Source: an uncultured Lachnospiraceae bacterium
Lineage (GTDB): Bacteria > Bacillota > Clostridia > TANB77 > CAG-508
Length of the DNA stretch: 44,857 bases
Direction: 5' to 3'
Assembly: GCA_946637865.1 (NCBI GenBank)
Contig: CAMPBM010000003.1
Coordinates: 1-44,857 of the forward strand
The notes below the pieces were generated by a model that did not search any database, was not told where the DNA came from, and worked only from the letters and a program-made list of their open reading frames with translations. This document shows positions 10,554-21,668 of the stretch, piece after piece; within the stretch, counting starts at the first letter, position 1; every line of letters starts with the position of its first letter. Both the position numbers and the translations under genes were made by a program.

Positions 10554-11973
10554 ATGTGTAAAATAAAAATAAAAGAGAAATTAAATATAGAAAATATATT
10601 ATGCTTATTTGTAATTATAAGTCCAGTATTAGACATGATAAGCTTTGTTTTTAGAAATAGATTTAACACAAATTTTTCACCGTCAACTTTTATTAGACCA
10701 CTAATTCCAACTACGTTAATGATATATTTATTTTTCAAAAATGATAAGAGTTTCAAGATAAAATCGGTTGCTATACGGAAGTCTTTATGTTGTATATGCT
10801 ATTATTCATTTACTTTTATTTTCGCAGGTAAAGACATTAAGCAGTTATAGTAATGAACTACATGAAACTCAGTACTTAATTAATTATTCGTTTATGGTAT
10901 TAAACTTATTTTTATATGTGTATGTGTTCAAAAATACAAATACTGAAAAATTAAAAAAATCAGTACTAATATCCACTAGTATATATATAGTGTCAATTTA
11001 TATAGCAATAATTACAAATACTTCTTCTCCCACATATATAGAACAAATGGGGTATAAAGGATGGTTTGAATCTGGTAATAGTTTATGTGCAATTCTCACA
11101 TTGTCTATGTTTGTATATTTATCCTTAACTAAGGAAAAAAAATACTTGATTTGGGTCGCAATGATAACTTTGATGGTAGGAATATTTTTAACATTATTAG
11201 TTGGTACAAGAGTTGGGGTATATGGATATTTGCTAGTTTTAGGAGTTTACATACTTGCAGAAGTAGTACAGAGTTTTATAAGAAATGAGAAAATAGATAA
11301 AAAACTTGTGATAGTAGCCAGTATTATTATTATTGGAATAATTGCAATAATCTTAATATTTGGTTCAAGTACAATTCAAAGAAGAAAATATCTTAAAAGT
11401 ATAGAGGCTGACATTATAGATGAATCAGTGAATTCTCAATCTCATATTACAGGAGATTTATTGGAAATAAAAGAAAAAATCGATGGCGATACATTAGAAG
11501 ATGGATATATGAATGAGGCAGAGAAACAGTCTATAGTCGAACTATATAATATTGCTAACAAATGGAATATAAAAAATAATGATCAAAGAATGCAACAATT
11601 GATTTATAATGCTGTATTAGTAAAAAATCAAAAAAATATATGGCTAAAGATATTTGGAAATGGCTATATGGCAAATCACAGAGAATTAGTTTGCGAAATG
11701 GAAGTACCAGCAATACTATTCAATTTCGGCATTTTGGGTTTTGTTCTATATTTGGGACCATTTATTGTAATTACCCTTTATGGGGTTTATAAAAAAATTA
11801 AATATAGAGAAGCGATAAATGCAGATTTTATGAGATATGTGCTTGGGTGTGGATTTGCATTTGCATTATCAATATTTTCAGGGTATACATTTTTCAGTCA
11901 ATCTACTATGGTTATTGTTATAGTACTGAATTGTCTGGTTTTAAATTATATAGAAAATGACAAAAATACTTGA
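10554..11973 (+). CDS. multi-pass membrane protein, O-antigen ligase/polymerase (Wzy_C)-like, with +1 frameshift at CGG 10776-10778 (~472 aa)
   Basis: Two overlapping ORFs join at ATA-C-GGA; GYKGWFESGN, GTR, GNGY and EME...FGILGF motifs; many TM segments. Confidence 0.75.
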
Positions 11974-12027
11974 TTAGATAACGAATAAATGATAAAATCG
12001 AAAAAAACGAAAGGATACTAGGAATAA

Positions 12028-13947
12028 ATGAAAAAAATTATAAGTTTTGATATATGGGATACAATTATAAAAAGAAAATGTCATCCAGAGGAAATTAAGC
12101 TTCATACAGCTAAGTATATAATGCTAAAGTATGAAAAAAAAGTTAAGGAAAGATATAAAGACATATATGAGATATTGAAGCTAAGAGATGAAATAGAAGC
12201 AAAAGAGTGTAAAAAAAATAAGGAAAATGGAAATGATGACGAATGTAGAATTCTTGAAGTATTTGATAAATTGCAACAAGAAATATTTGATGAAAAATTA
12301 GATATTAAGGAAGAACTACTAAGAGAAGAAATAGAACAAGAAAAAAAGTGCATTTTTATTAATCCAGAAATTCTTCCTATATTTGAAAAATACAAAGACT
12401 TAAGAATGTGTTGTATATCAGACTTTTATATGAGTGCGGATTCATTAAAAGAATTATTAGATTATTTAGAATTACCAGTAAAAATAGAGAAAATATATAG
12501 CTCTGCTGATTATTTATTAAATAAAAGATCAGGAAAACTGTATAAAAAAGCAGAAGAAGAACTTAAAGTCAAACCAGAAGAACATATACATGTAGGTGAT
12601 AATGTTTATTCAGATATCGAGATGGCAAAAAGTTTAGGAATAGAAACTATTAAGACTACAAAAACAAACTTCGATTTTATTCCAGAGAAGAGAAGAAATA
12701 TGAATTTAGACTTATCAAAAGTAAAAAAAGATAGCAATACAAAAGAAGATAAACTATTCAATAGTGGTGTAGACTTAGCACCAATTATATACTTTTTTGG
12801 TTATAGTATTATCGAGTATGCAATTAAAAATAAAATTGAAACAGTGTATTACCAAACAAGAGAAGGAGAAACTTTTATAAAAATTCATGAACTAATAAAA
12901 CAGAATAATCCCTTTGGAGTCAAAATACCTGAATGTGATATAGTTGAAGTTAGTAGAATGGGAACATTTTCAGCATCATTAAGTGAATTTTCAATACCAG
13001 AATTATTGAGATTATGGTCACAATACAGGGTACAAAGTATGAATACTCTTTTTAAAACTTTAGCAATAGATATAGAACCATATAAACAGTATATGGGAAA
13101 ATATGATATTAAACCAGAAGAAGATATTGTGGAGCCATGGTTTAATTTAAAAGTACAAAATTTATGTGCTGATAAGGAATTTATTGAAAAGATAAATGCG
13201 GAATTAAAAGAAAAAAGAAAAGAGTTGCTAGAATATTTTAAAGTAAAAAAAGGAATTATAAATGATGAAAAGCCTTTGTTTGTTGTAGACATCGGATGGA
13301 GAGGAACTATACAAGATAATTTGTGCTATATATTCAACAATAAGCAGATTACAGGATATTATATAACATTATATGATTTTTATAACAATCAACCAATAAA
13401 TAGTAAAAAAATTAGTTTTATTGATGATATAAATATTAAATATAATGAAGTAGCTACTATGATTACATTATTGGAGTGGATATATAATCCAGGAACTGGA
13501 AGTGTAATTAAATATAAGCAAGGAGAAGCAATTAGAAAGGCAAAAGAGCAAGAAACAAGAGTGGTAAAAGAATATATTATACCACTTCAAAATGGGATGA
13601 TTGAAGGAGCAAAATATATAAATGAATATATGAAATATCATCCATATGAGGCAGAAGAAACTAAAAAGTGGGTATATGAAACATTAAAGAATACTAAAAC
13701 CAAACCAAGTAAAGATTTGATAGAGGCATATTATAGCATGGTATTTAATGATACATTTGGAACGGACTCATATATAGTAAAAGATGGAAAACTCTCGACA
13801 TTTGAGAGAATGAATATATTCAAATGTAGAAATATGCTTAGAAATGAACAATGGAAGGAAGCATTTATGATTCATAACAATATAGAATATATGAACACTA
13901 TATTGGGAGCTAAATCAATAATGAGAAAAATTTTAGGAAAGGGATAA
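12028..13947 (+). CDS. HAD phosphatase plus phosphoribosyltransferase-like protein (putative PRPP-dependent ribofuranosyltransferase)
   Basis: N-terminal HAD motifs SFDIWDT, ISDFY, K.SG and HVGDN..SD; C-terminal VVDIGWRGTIQ PRPP-loop-like motif. Confidence 0.75.
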   Translation: MKKIISFDIWDTIIKRKCHPEEIKLHTAKYIMLKYEKKVKERYKDIYEILKLRDEIEAKECKKNKENGNDDECRILEVFDKLQQEIFDEKLDIKEELLREEIEQEKKCIFINPEILPIFEKYKDLRMCCISDFYMSADSLKELLDYLELPVKIEKIYSSADYLLNKRSGKLYKKAEEELKVKPEEHIHVGDNVYSDIEMAKSLGIETIKTTKTNFDFIPEKRRNMNLDLSKVKKDSNTKEDKLFNSGVDLAPIIYFFGYSIIEYAIKNKIETVYYQTREGETFIKIHELIKQNNPFGVKIPECDIVEVSRMGTFSASLSEFSIPELLRLWSQYRVQSMNTLFKTLAIDIEPYKQYMGKYDIKPEEDIVEPWFNLKVQNLCADKEFIEKINAELKEKRKELLEYFKVKKGIINDEKPLFVVDIGWRGTIQDNLCYIFNNKQITGYYITLYDFYNNQPINSKKISFIDDINIKYNEVATMITLLEWIYNPGTGSVIKYKQGEAIRKAKEQETRVVKEYIIPLQNGMIEGAKYINEYMKYHPYEAEETKKWVYETLKNTKTKPSKDLIEAYYSMVFNDTFGTDSYIVKDGKLSTFERMNIFKCRNMLRNEQWKEAFMIHNNIEYMNTILGAKSIMRKILGKG

Positions 13948-13950
13948 AAT

Positions 13951-14922
13951 ATGGAAAAGTATATTCTACTATATGGTGATAAAAAGCAGGAAGACAATAT
14001 TTGCATAAAAAATATGTTTAGCAACAATTTGCAAATAAATTTAGGATGGACTGACTTTGATTATAATGCAAATATGAAGGTTATAGATGAAAAAGTGAAA
14101 AATGGAATTAATCAAATTATTTTTTTAGGATTAGAAATAGGATGGAATAAATTAATAAAAGATGTTAAAAAAAAATATTCAAATTTAAAAATAAAAGTGA
14201 TATGTAATACTTCAGATAGTTTACTATATTACGAATATGAAAGAGAAAATTTCTTTGAATTATTAGAACTGTCTAGGGGAAAAATAATTGATGAAATAGG
14301 TTTTTTTAGAAAAAGTCAATATGAAGTATATAGTAGTCTTGGATATAATTGTTCATATCTTATGCAGAATTATAATTTGGACGAAAAGAATAAAATAACT
14401 AGTAAGCGTGAAAATAACACTATTGATATAGGAATTTATCCATTGAACTATGTTTGGGATAAGAACATATTTAACCAACTATGTATTGCAAAATTTGTTA
14501 GTAATTCTAATTTGAACTATAATAGATTAGATGAAAGAATGGAAGATTTTCTTGTTACCATGCAGATTAGAAGTACACCTTGTAAAATTGAAAGAATTGA
14601 TGAGCAAAGCATTGTAAAAGAGTTAGCCAAAAACGATGTATTAGTATCTACGTCTTTTACTGAATACATGCATCCGATATTTTGGCTGGGTATGGAATTA
14701 GGAATACCATGTATAATTGGGAATACTTCGGATTTGTTCGATGAAAATGATGAAATTAGGAATTATATTGTTACAGAAGCGGAAGATAACGCTATAATAA
14801 ATTCTGAACTTGTAAACAAGTGTATTGATAACAAGAAAAAAATAATTGCTCTATATAAAACTTGGAAAGAAGAGTATGACAAAAAAGCAAAGGAAAATAT
14901 ACAATCTTTTATAGAAAAATAG
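13951..14922 (+). CDS. putative GT-B glycosyltransferase
   Basis: DVLVSTSFTE...MELGIPCIIG; distant paralog of the next gene. Confidence 0.6.
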   Translation: MEKYILLYGDKKQEDNICIKNMFSNNLQINLGWTDFDYNANMKVIDEKVKNGINQIIFLGLEIGWNKLIKDVKKKYSNLKIKVICNTSDSLLYYEYERENFFELLELSRGKIIDEIGFFRKSQYEVYSSLGYNCSYLMQNYNLDEKNKITSKRENNTIDIGIYPLNYVWDKNIFNQLCIAKFVSNSNLNYNRLDERMEDFLVTMQIRSTPCKIERIDEQSIVKELAKNDVLVSTSFTEYMHPIFWLGMELGIPCIIGNTSDLFDENDEIRNYIVTEAEDNAIINSELVNKCIDNKKKIIALYKTWKEEYDKKAKENIQSFIEK

Positions 14923-14936
14923 AAAGGATTTAGAGT

Positions 14937-16085
14937 ATGCAAAAAATAAAAAATCTGATAAAAAGGTTTATAAAAAACAATAGTTCACTTTATAATGGAA
15001 TAAGTAAAATATATCATAAATTAAGCGCATTGAAATATAAAATAACACATAGTAAGGAGTTAAAAAAAGAACATAATGGATTTCATGAAAGAGTAGAAAA
15101 TGCGTTAATTAAAGTAAGAGAATATAAAGATAGCGAGTATATAGTGTTTTATAACCCAACATGGCTAGGTGTTGCAGCTTCTACTATAGGACTTTTTAAT
15201 AATTATATTCCGTTAGAGCATGTATATGAAAAAAACGACATAAGGAAAATTGCTAGAGCTATAAATGAATGTAATATTAAAAGTGTTGTATTTAGTCAAG
15301 TGTGTGATGGATGGACAAGCATTATAAAAGCTATTAAAGAGGAAAATGAAAAAGTAAAAATTAAAGTTATATGGCATGGGAATTGTTATGAATACTTTTC
15401 AGATTTTACGTGGAATTTAAATAAAGAGGTTATGAACTTATGCAAAGAGGGAAAAATTGATTCATTTGCTTTTGTTAGAAGTACAATGTATGAATTTTAT
15501 AAAAAAGTTGGATTCAAATCATACTATTTACAAAATAACGTACATAAACAAAACAGTGGAAAAACAGCTAAAAATAATAACGAAAAAACAAAAATTGGAA
15601 TATATAATGCAGATTCAAGAGAATTAAAGAATATTTATACTGCGCTAAGTGCTATGAAACTAGTGCCAAATGTTATGGCAGATGTTGTACCAATAAACGA
15701 GGGAGCAAGAAAGTTTACAGAGATTTTAGGCTTAGAAACAACTAGTATGAATAGCTATATTCCAAATGAAGAACTCATGGAAAGGATACAACAAAATGAT
15801 ATAAATATTTATCCTACATTCACTGAAAATGCACCTATGTTTCCATTAGAAAGCTTTGAAATGGGGGTTCCTTGTTTACTTGGAAATAATAATGATTATT
15901 TTGTCGGTACAGAGTTGGGAGATTATGTTATATTAACCAGGGAAGATGATGCTGAGTATATTAAAAATAAAATTATGAATGTGCTAAAAGATAGAGATAA
16001 AGTTATGAAATTATATAGAGAATGGAAAAAAGATTTCGATAAAAAATGTGACATATTAGTAAAAAAATTTGTAGAAGATAAATAG
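14937..16085 (+). CDS. putative GT-B (GT4-like) glycosyltransferase
   Basis: DINIYPTFTENAPMFPLESFEMGVPCL (E-x7-E motif). Confidence 0.7.
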   Translation: MQKIKNLIKRFIKNNSSLYNGISKIYHKLSALKYKITHSKELKKEHNGFHERVENALIKVREYKDSEYIVFYNPTWLGVAASTIGLFNNYIPLEHVYEKNDIRKIARAINECNIKSVVFSQVCDGWTSIIKAIKEENEKVKIKVIWHGNCYEYFSDFTWNLNKEVMNLCKEGKIDSFAFVRSTMYEFYKKVGFKSYYLQNNVHKQNSGKTAKNNNEKTKIGIYNADSRELKNIYTALSAMKLVPNVMADVVPINEGARKFTEILGLETTSMNSYIPNEELMERIQQNDINIYPTFTENAPMFPLESFEMGVPCLLGNNNDYFVGTELGDYVILTREDDAEYIKNKIMNVLKDRDKVMKLYREWKKDFDKKCDILVKKFVEDK

Positions 16086-16094
16086 GGGGCTTTT

Positions 16095-17414
16095 ATGAAA
16101 TTTGGTTTAATGATTGAATACAAAACAAGGAATATTGGAGATGATATACAAGCGTATGCTACTAAAAGGTTTTTACCAAGAATAGATTATTATATAGATA
16201 GAAACCATTTAGATGAATTTGTTCCTGATAAAGAAGAATATATTGCGACAATAATTAATGGATGGTTTTTGCAGTATACATTAAACTGGCCAATATCACC
16301 ATTTGTAAAACCGTTACCAATTTCTATGCATTTTACAAATAAAGATTGGTTTTGGGATACAACAGATAGAGCTTATCATTTACAAGGATATGGGTTAGAG
16401 TATTTAAAAAGTATTGAACCTATAGGATGTAGAGATAGTCATACCCAAAAGCTATTAGAAAGTAAGGGAATAAAAACAGAATATACTGGATGTATGACAT
16501 TAACAATAAATAAATTCAATAATATCGAAAAACAAGACTATATATGTGCAGTTGATGTTAGTGAGGAAGTAGTAAATCAAATTAAAAAGACAACAGACAT
16601 GGAAGTAAAAGTAATTACACATACTGTTGCTGAAGACTACTATAAGCTTTCATGGGAAGAAAGAATGAAGAATGTTGAAGACTTATTAAAAATATATCAA
16701 GGAGCTAGAGCTGTTGTTTCATATAGATTGCATTGTGCTTTGCCATGTCTTGCATTAGGCACAAAGGTAATCCTATTAAACGAGGATTATAGAAATGATA
16801 GATTTGGAGATTATACTGTTTATATGGAATCATGTAGCGAGCAAGATTTCATTAGTGGAACGGTAAAATTTGATTACAGAAATTTACCAGATAGAAATGA
16901 CGGATGGAAGAAGATAAAAGATAATTTGATAAGTAGATGTGAAGATTTTGTGAGAAAAATGGAAAAAGATGAAGAAAAATATAACGGGGTTAGCATAGAG
17001 GATTATGAAGAATATTGCATAAAAAAATCAAATTGGCTAAAGGATGCTACAATAGAATCATATGATAGATTTAAAAAAGAAAAAGAAAAAGGGGATAATT
17101 CAGCAAAATATATACAAGAAATTCAAAATGAATACAAAAAGAATATTGAAGAAAAAGAAAGAGAAATAGTTAAACACATTGATAATGAAAATTATTATCA
17201 TAAAGAGTTTGATGAATGTGTTAGAAAAATGGAATATTACAGAGATAAGATACCAGAAAAAGAAGGTGAAATTCTTAAATATAAAGAGCTCAGTGATTAC
17301 TATCACAAGGAGTTTGATGAGTGCGTAAAAAAAATGGAAAAATATAAGGAAGAGTTGGAACAGATTAAATCTTCGAAATGGTGGAAAATGAGAGAAACAA
17401 TAAAAGGAAAGTAA
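16095..17414 (+). CDS. polysaccharide pyruvyltransferase with C-terminal coiled coil
   Basis: NIGDDIQ, IGCRD, RLHCALPCLALG; E/K-rich tail with a 35-aa repeat. Confidence 0.85.
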   Translation: MKFGLMIEYKTRNIGDDIQAYATKRFLPRIDYYIDRNHLDEFVPDKEEYIATIINGWFLQYTLNWPISPFVKPLPISMHFTNKDWFWDTTDRAYHLQGYGLEYLKSIEPIGCRDSHTQKLLESKGIKTEYTGCMTLTINKFNNIEKQDYICAVDVSEEVVNQIKKTTDMEVKVITHTVAEDYYKLSWEERMKNVEDLLKIYQGARAVVSYRLHCALPCLALGTKVILLNEDYRNDRFGDYTVYMESCSEQDFISGTVKFDYRNLPDRNDGWKKIKDNLISRCEDFVRKMEKDEEKYNGVSIEDYEEYCIKKSNWLKDATIESYDRFKKEKEKGDNSAKYIQEIQNEYKKNIEEKEREIVKHIDNENYYHKEFDECVRKMEYYRDKIPEKEGEILKYKELSDYYHKEFDECVKKMEKYKEELEQIKSSKWWKMRETIKGK

Positions 17415-17531
17415 TTAACTTATATAAAAAGACTTTAAGATATATAAATATTCTAAATGCATTATGGAATTACTTTTTTAAAAATGAAGGATTAAAAATT
17501 TTTGAATAAAAAAAGGAGAGAAAAATAGAAA

Positions 17532-18473
17532 ATGGACAGAATAGCAGTATTGATACCTTGTTATAATGAGAGCAAAACAATAAAAAAAGTTATAGAAGAC
17601 TTTAAGAGAGAATTACCTGAAGCCACAATTTATGTATATGACAACAACTCAAAGGATGGAACTGATGAAATAGCACGAAATGCAGGAGCAGTTGTACGAT
17701 ATGAAAGAAAACAAGGAAAGGGAAATGTAATTCGTACGATGTTTAGAGAGATAGATGCAGAATGTTATATTATGACTGATGGGGATGATACCTATCCTGC
17801 AGAATATGCTAGAAAAATGTGTGATGCAGTACTTAGAAGGAATATTGACATGGTAATAGGAGACAGGCTATCATCAACATATTTCACTGAAAACAAGAGA
17901 CCTTTTCATAATACAGGAAATGTATTGGTAAGAAAACTAATAAACATGATTTACAAAAGTGATATAAGAGATGTTATGACTGGATATAGAGCATTTAGTT
18001 ATGAGTTTGTAAAGACATTTCCAGTGTTATCAAAAGGGTTTGAAATAGAAACAGAAATGACAATCCATACATTGGATAAAAATATGGGGGTAGAAAATAT
18101 AATAATAGAATATAGAGATAGACCAGAAGGTAGCGAATCAAAATTAAGCACATATTCGGATGGATTTAAAGTATTAAAAACAATTGTAACTTTGTATAAA
18201 AATTATAGGCCATTATCATTTTTTATATGGGTGACATTAATGTTAATAATCATAGGATTAGTATTCTTAATTCCCGTGTTAATCGAATATGTGCAAACGG
18301 GATTAGTGTTAAAAATGCCGTCATTTGTCGCTAGTGTATTTTTCTTCATAGGAGCTATACAATCATTCTTTGGAGGATTGATATTACAAACTATTGTAAA
18401 AACCAATAGACAAGAATTTGAATTAAAGCTAAATGAATATGCTGATAAAAAGAAAATACTAAAGAAAATGTAG
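17532..18473 (+). CDS. GT2 polyprenyl-phosphate glycosyltransferase (GtrB/DPM-like)
   Basis: LIPCYNE, DNNSKD, DGDDTY, DVMTGYR, GFEIETE; two C-terminal TM helices. Confidence 0.9.
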   Translation: MDRIAVLIPCYNESKTIKKVIEDFKRELPEATIYVYDNNSKDGTDEIARNAGAVVRYERKQGKGNVIRTMFREIDAECYIMTDGDDTYPAEYARKMCDAVLRRNIDMVIGDRLSSTYFTENKRPFHNTGNVLVRKLINMIYKSDIRDVMTGYRAFSYEFVKTFPVLSKGFEIETEMTIHTLDKNMGVENIIIEYRDRPEGSESKLSTYSDGFKVLKTIVTLYKNYRPLSFFIWVTLMLIIIGLVFLIPVLIEYVQTGLVLKMPSFVASVFFFIGAIQSFFGGLILQTIVKTNRQEFELKLNEYADKKKILKKM

Positions 18474-18604
18474 TATTAGCAAAAGGATTATTTTAAGAGA
18501 ATTATATGTATTCTTGATTAGGTGATAAAGATATAGTTTGTATGAATAATGGTTTGATAGTTGTAAAACAATCAGATAAATAAGTTTATAAAAAGGAGAA
18601 AAAA

Positions 18605-20428
18605 ATGGATAAAAATGTGAAAAAAAAAGTTGGATTATCTGTTATTTCAGTACTCACGGTATTATTTTTAGGTAGTAATCTTGAAGTAAGTACTAGCATT
18701 GAAGGGGTTCATACAATTGGTGAATATTTTAATACTTTTCAAATGACAGATGTAGTATATTTAGTATTATATTATATTTTGTTTTCGAAAATAATTGATA
18801 TTAAAGATAAAAGGGCAAAAATTTGTTGTTCAATATTAGCAATTATATTTAGCTTTTCAGAGGTTGTAGGATATAGTGTTAGCAGATATTGTGATTTATC
18901 TTGTATAATGGACTCAAAATCTGGGTTGATAAAAGCTTTATTAAAGTTTATAGGATATGTAATAACATTTTATAGTGTATTACTATTAATATTTGTTAAA
19001 GGATTTCCTAAACTAAAATCGCTTAGAAATAAAGATTTTAAATTATTTACAAGTAATAAGAAATCTTTTTTTGCTGTTGCATTAATTATATTTTTATGTT
19101 ACGTACCATATTTTCTGAGTCAATACCCTGGTATAGTATCTACTGATTCTATTGCCGAAATATCAACTTCCTTATTTTCACTTAAAAGTATGGTAAATCA
19201 TCACCCTGTGTTTCATATATTTATAATTTCGATATTTATGAATATTGGAAAAGCAGTTAATAATTATAATTTAGGAATAGCCTTATATTCAATTTTTCAA
19301 ATGGCTTTTACCGCATGTACTTTTTCATTCACGTTATATTATATGACAAAGAAAAATGTAAACTTTTATATTAGACTGTTATGTTTAGCTTTTTTTGCAC
19401 TATATCCTCCATTTGCAAACTTTGCTATAACAATGTGGAAAGACGTACCATTTGGGCTTTCAGTGTTACTTTATACAATTAATATGATAGAACTTGCAAC
19501 AAACAAGGAATACCTAAATAATATAAGAAATAAAGTACTTCTAGTTCTAACAAGTTTATTAGTAATATTATTTAGAAATAATGGAATTTATGTAGTACTT
19601 CTATCTATACCATTTATGATATTTTTTACAAAAAATAGTAGAAAGACTACAACAATTATATCAGTTTTATTAGTAGCTTTATATGTTATTTGGAAAGGTC
19701 CAATATTTAGTTTATTAAATATACAAGATGGACCTATAAGGGAAGCATTATCTGTACCAGTACAACAAATAGCAAGAACAGTGAAATATAGAGCTAATGA
19801 ATTAACTGAAGAAGAAAAGGGAGAAATAAATAAGTACTTACCAGTAGATAGGATTGGTGATTTATATTATCCATTAATATCAGATAATGTAAAAGATACG
19901 TTAAATAATGATGCTGTAAAAGAAAATAAAGTGCAATTCATAAAGATATGGTTAAAATTATTTATAAAATATCCAAGAGAATATGTAGAGGCATTTTTAT
20001 CTGGCTCATATGGCTATTGGTATCCTGAAGCTAAAAATTGGGTGATTTGGGAATTTGATGAAGATTCGTATGAATTAGGCAGACAGGCGTTACAAGTAGA
20101 CATTAAGAAGGATTCAATAATAGGTACTACTGGATGGAAGAATATGATTCATGAAATAAACTATAGTCCTATGACATTAATTTCGGGAATTTTTAGCATA
20201 GGCTTAGCATTCTTTGCTACAGTTACTATGTTAATGTATGTAATTTATAGGAAAGAATATAAACTAATTTTGGCATATGTCCCAATTATATTTTTGTGGG
20301 TAACAACAATAGCATCTCCTGTATGGTGTGAATATAGATATATATATAGTATATTTACCTGTGCACCAATTCTAATTGTATCTATTACACAATTTATTGA
20401 AAAGAATGAAAATAAAATTAATTCTTAA
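18605..20428 (+). CDS. multi-pass membrane protein (DUF6020-like, putative GT-C glycosyltransferase)
   Basis: YPG..S.DS, NHHP, WKD.PF, FRNNG, YRY; over 10 TM segments; follows the GtrB-like gene. Confidence 0.7.
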   Translation: MDKNVKKKVGLSVISVLTVLFLGSNLEVSTSIEGVHTIGEYFNTFQMTDVVYLVLYYILFSKIIDIKDKRAKICCSILAIIFSFSEVVGYSVSRYCDLSCIMDSKSGLIKALLKFIGYVITFYSVLLLIFVKGFPKLKSLRNKDFKLFTSNKKSFFAVALIIFLCYVPYFLSQYPGIVSTDSIAEISTSLFSLKSMVNHHPVFHIFIISIFMNIGKAVNNYNLGIALYSIFQMAFTACTFSFTLYYMTKKNVNFYIRLLCLAFFALYPPFANFAITMWKDVPFGLSVLLYTINMIELATNKEYLNNIRNKVLLVLTSLLVILFRNNGIYVVLLSIPFMIFFTKNSRKTTTIISVLLVALYVIWKGPIFSLLNIQDGPIREALSVPVQQIARTVKYRANELTEEEKGEINKYLPVDRIGDLYYPLISDNVKDTLNNDAVKENKVQFIKIWLKLFIKYPREYVEAFLSGSYGYWYPEAKNWVIWEFDEDSYELGRQALQVDIKKDSIIGTTGWKNMIHEINYSPMTLISGIFSIGLAFFATVTMLMYVIYRKEYKLILAYVPIIFLWVTTIASPVWCEYRYIYSIFTCAPILIVSITQFIEKNENKINS

Positions 20429-20500
20429 CAATAATAATTATTATTACTATAAATGCTTTGTTAATAAACAAAATATATAAAGTGGAAAAAGGAGAACTAA

Positions 20501-21605
20501 ATGAAAAAAATCTTATTTGGAATAACCAGTTTAACATTTGGTGGAGCAGAACGAGTATTAGTAGATATAGTAAATAAGTTATGTGATAAATACGAAATTA
20601 CTATTTTTACAATTTATGCGAATGGTGAGCTCGAGAAACAATTATCTAAAAAAGTAAAGTTAAAAAGCTTGTATAGTAATAAGTATTTAGAGTTGTCAAA
20701 TATCAGGAAAAAAATAATTCCAGTAAAAATTCTGTTAAATAAAAATGCAATTTATCGAAATCATATTAAGGATAGTTATGATGTTGAAATAGCTTTCTTA
20801 GAAGGACCAATTACAAGATTATTTGGGGTAAAAAATGAGAATACTCGAAAAATTGCATGGATACATAACGACATATCTCTGGTATTTGGAAGTGGTTTCA
20901 AGTCTAAAATAAAAGAAATAATAGATAAAAGAATATATAGTAAATATGAGAAATTGATATTTGTAAGTAAAGAGAATCTACAAAATTTTAACGAGACATA
21001 TAATAATTTAAAAGATATAAATAAAGAGGTTATATACAATTATATAGATAAAGAGAATGTTATTAATAAAGCTAAAAAAGAAATCGAAATACAGTTTGAT
21101 CAAAATAGCATTAATTTTGTTACAGTTGTGAGGTTAGTTAAACAAAAGGCTATTGATAGATTAATAGAAGTTCATAAAAATCTTATTAGAGAAGGTTTGT
21201 GGCACCATATATATGTAGTAGGTGACCGGACCAGAGAAGCGTTATTTGAAATGTTTAATAGATAAATATAATTTGAACGATACATTTCACTTATTGGGTC
21301 AAAAAGCAAATCCCTACCCATATATAAGGGTTGCAGATTACTTTTGCTTATTATCTAAATTTGAGGGATATGGAATGGTGATTGAAGAAGCTAAAATCTT
21401 GAATAAATCAATAATTATAACTAATACAGCTGCTAGGGAGGCAATAGAAGGATATAAGAATGGGATGGTTGTTGAAAATACGGAAAATAGTATTTACGAG
21501 ATAATGAAGGAAATTATAATTTGTGGAAAAAACATGCAGACGCGTACACAAGAGTATAATAATGAGCATATACTTGAGAAAATTAGTAAACTAATCGATA
21601 GTTAG
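20501..21605 (+). CDS. GT4 glycosyltransferase with +1 frameshift at CGG 21227-21229 (~367 aa)
   Basis: GGAERVL, AWIHND, RL.KQK, VVGD-(C)-GPE, NPYPY..AD, S.FEGYGMVIEEA. Confidence 0.9.
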
Positions 21606-21615
21606 TATATGTCAG

Positions 21616-21647
21616 AATATTAGCTAAAAAATTTTTTAGCTAATATT
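21616..21647. repeat. perfect 32-nt palindrome (possible terminator or operator)
   Basis: aatattagctaaaaaattttttagctaatatt. Confidence 0.7.
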
Positions 21648-21668
21648 TTAATGAAAAAAGAAAGGAAT

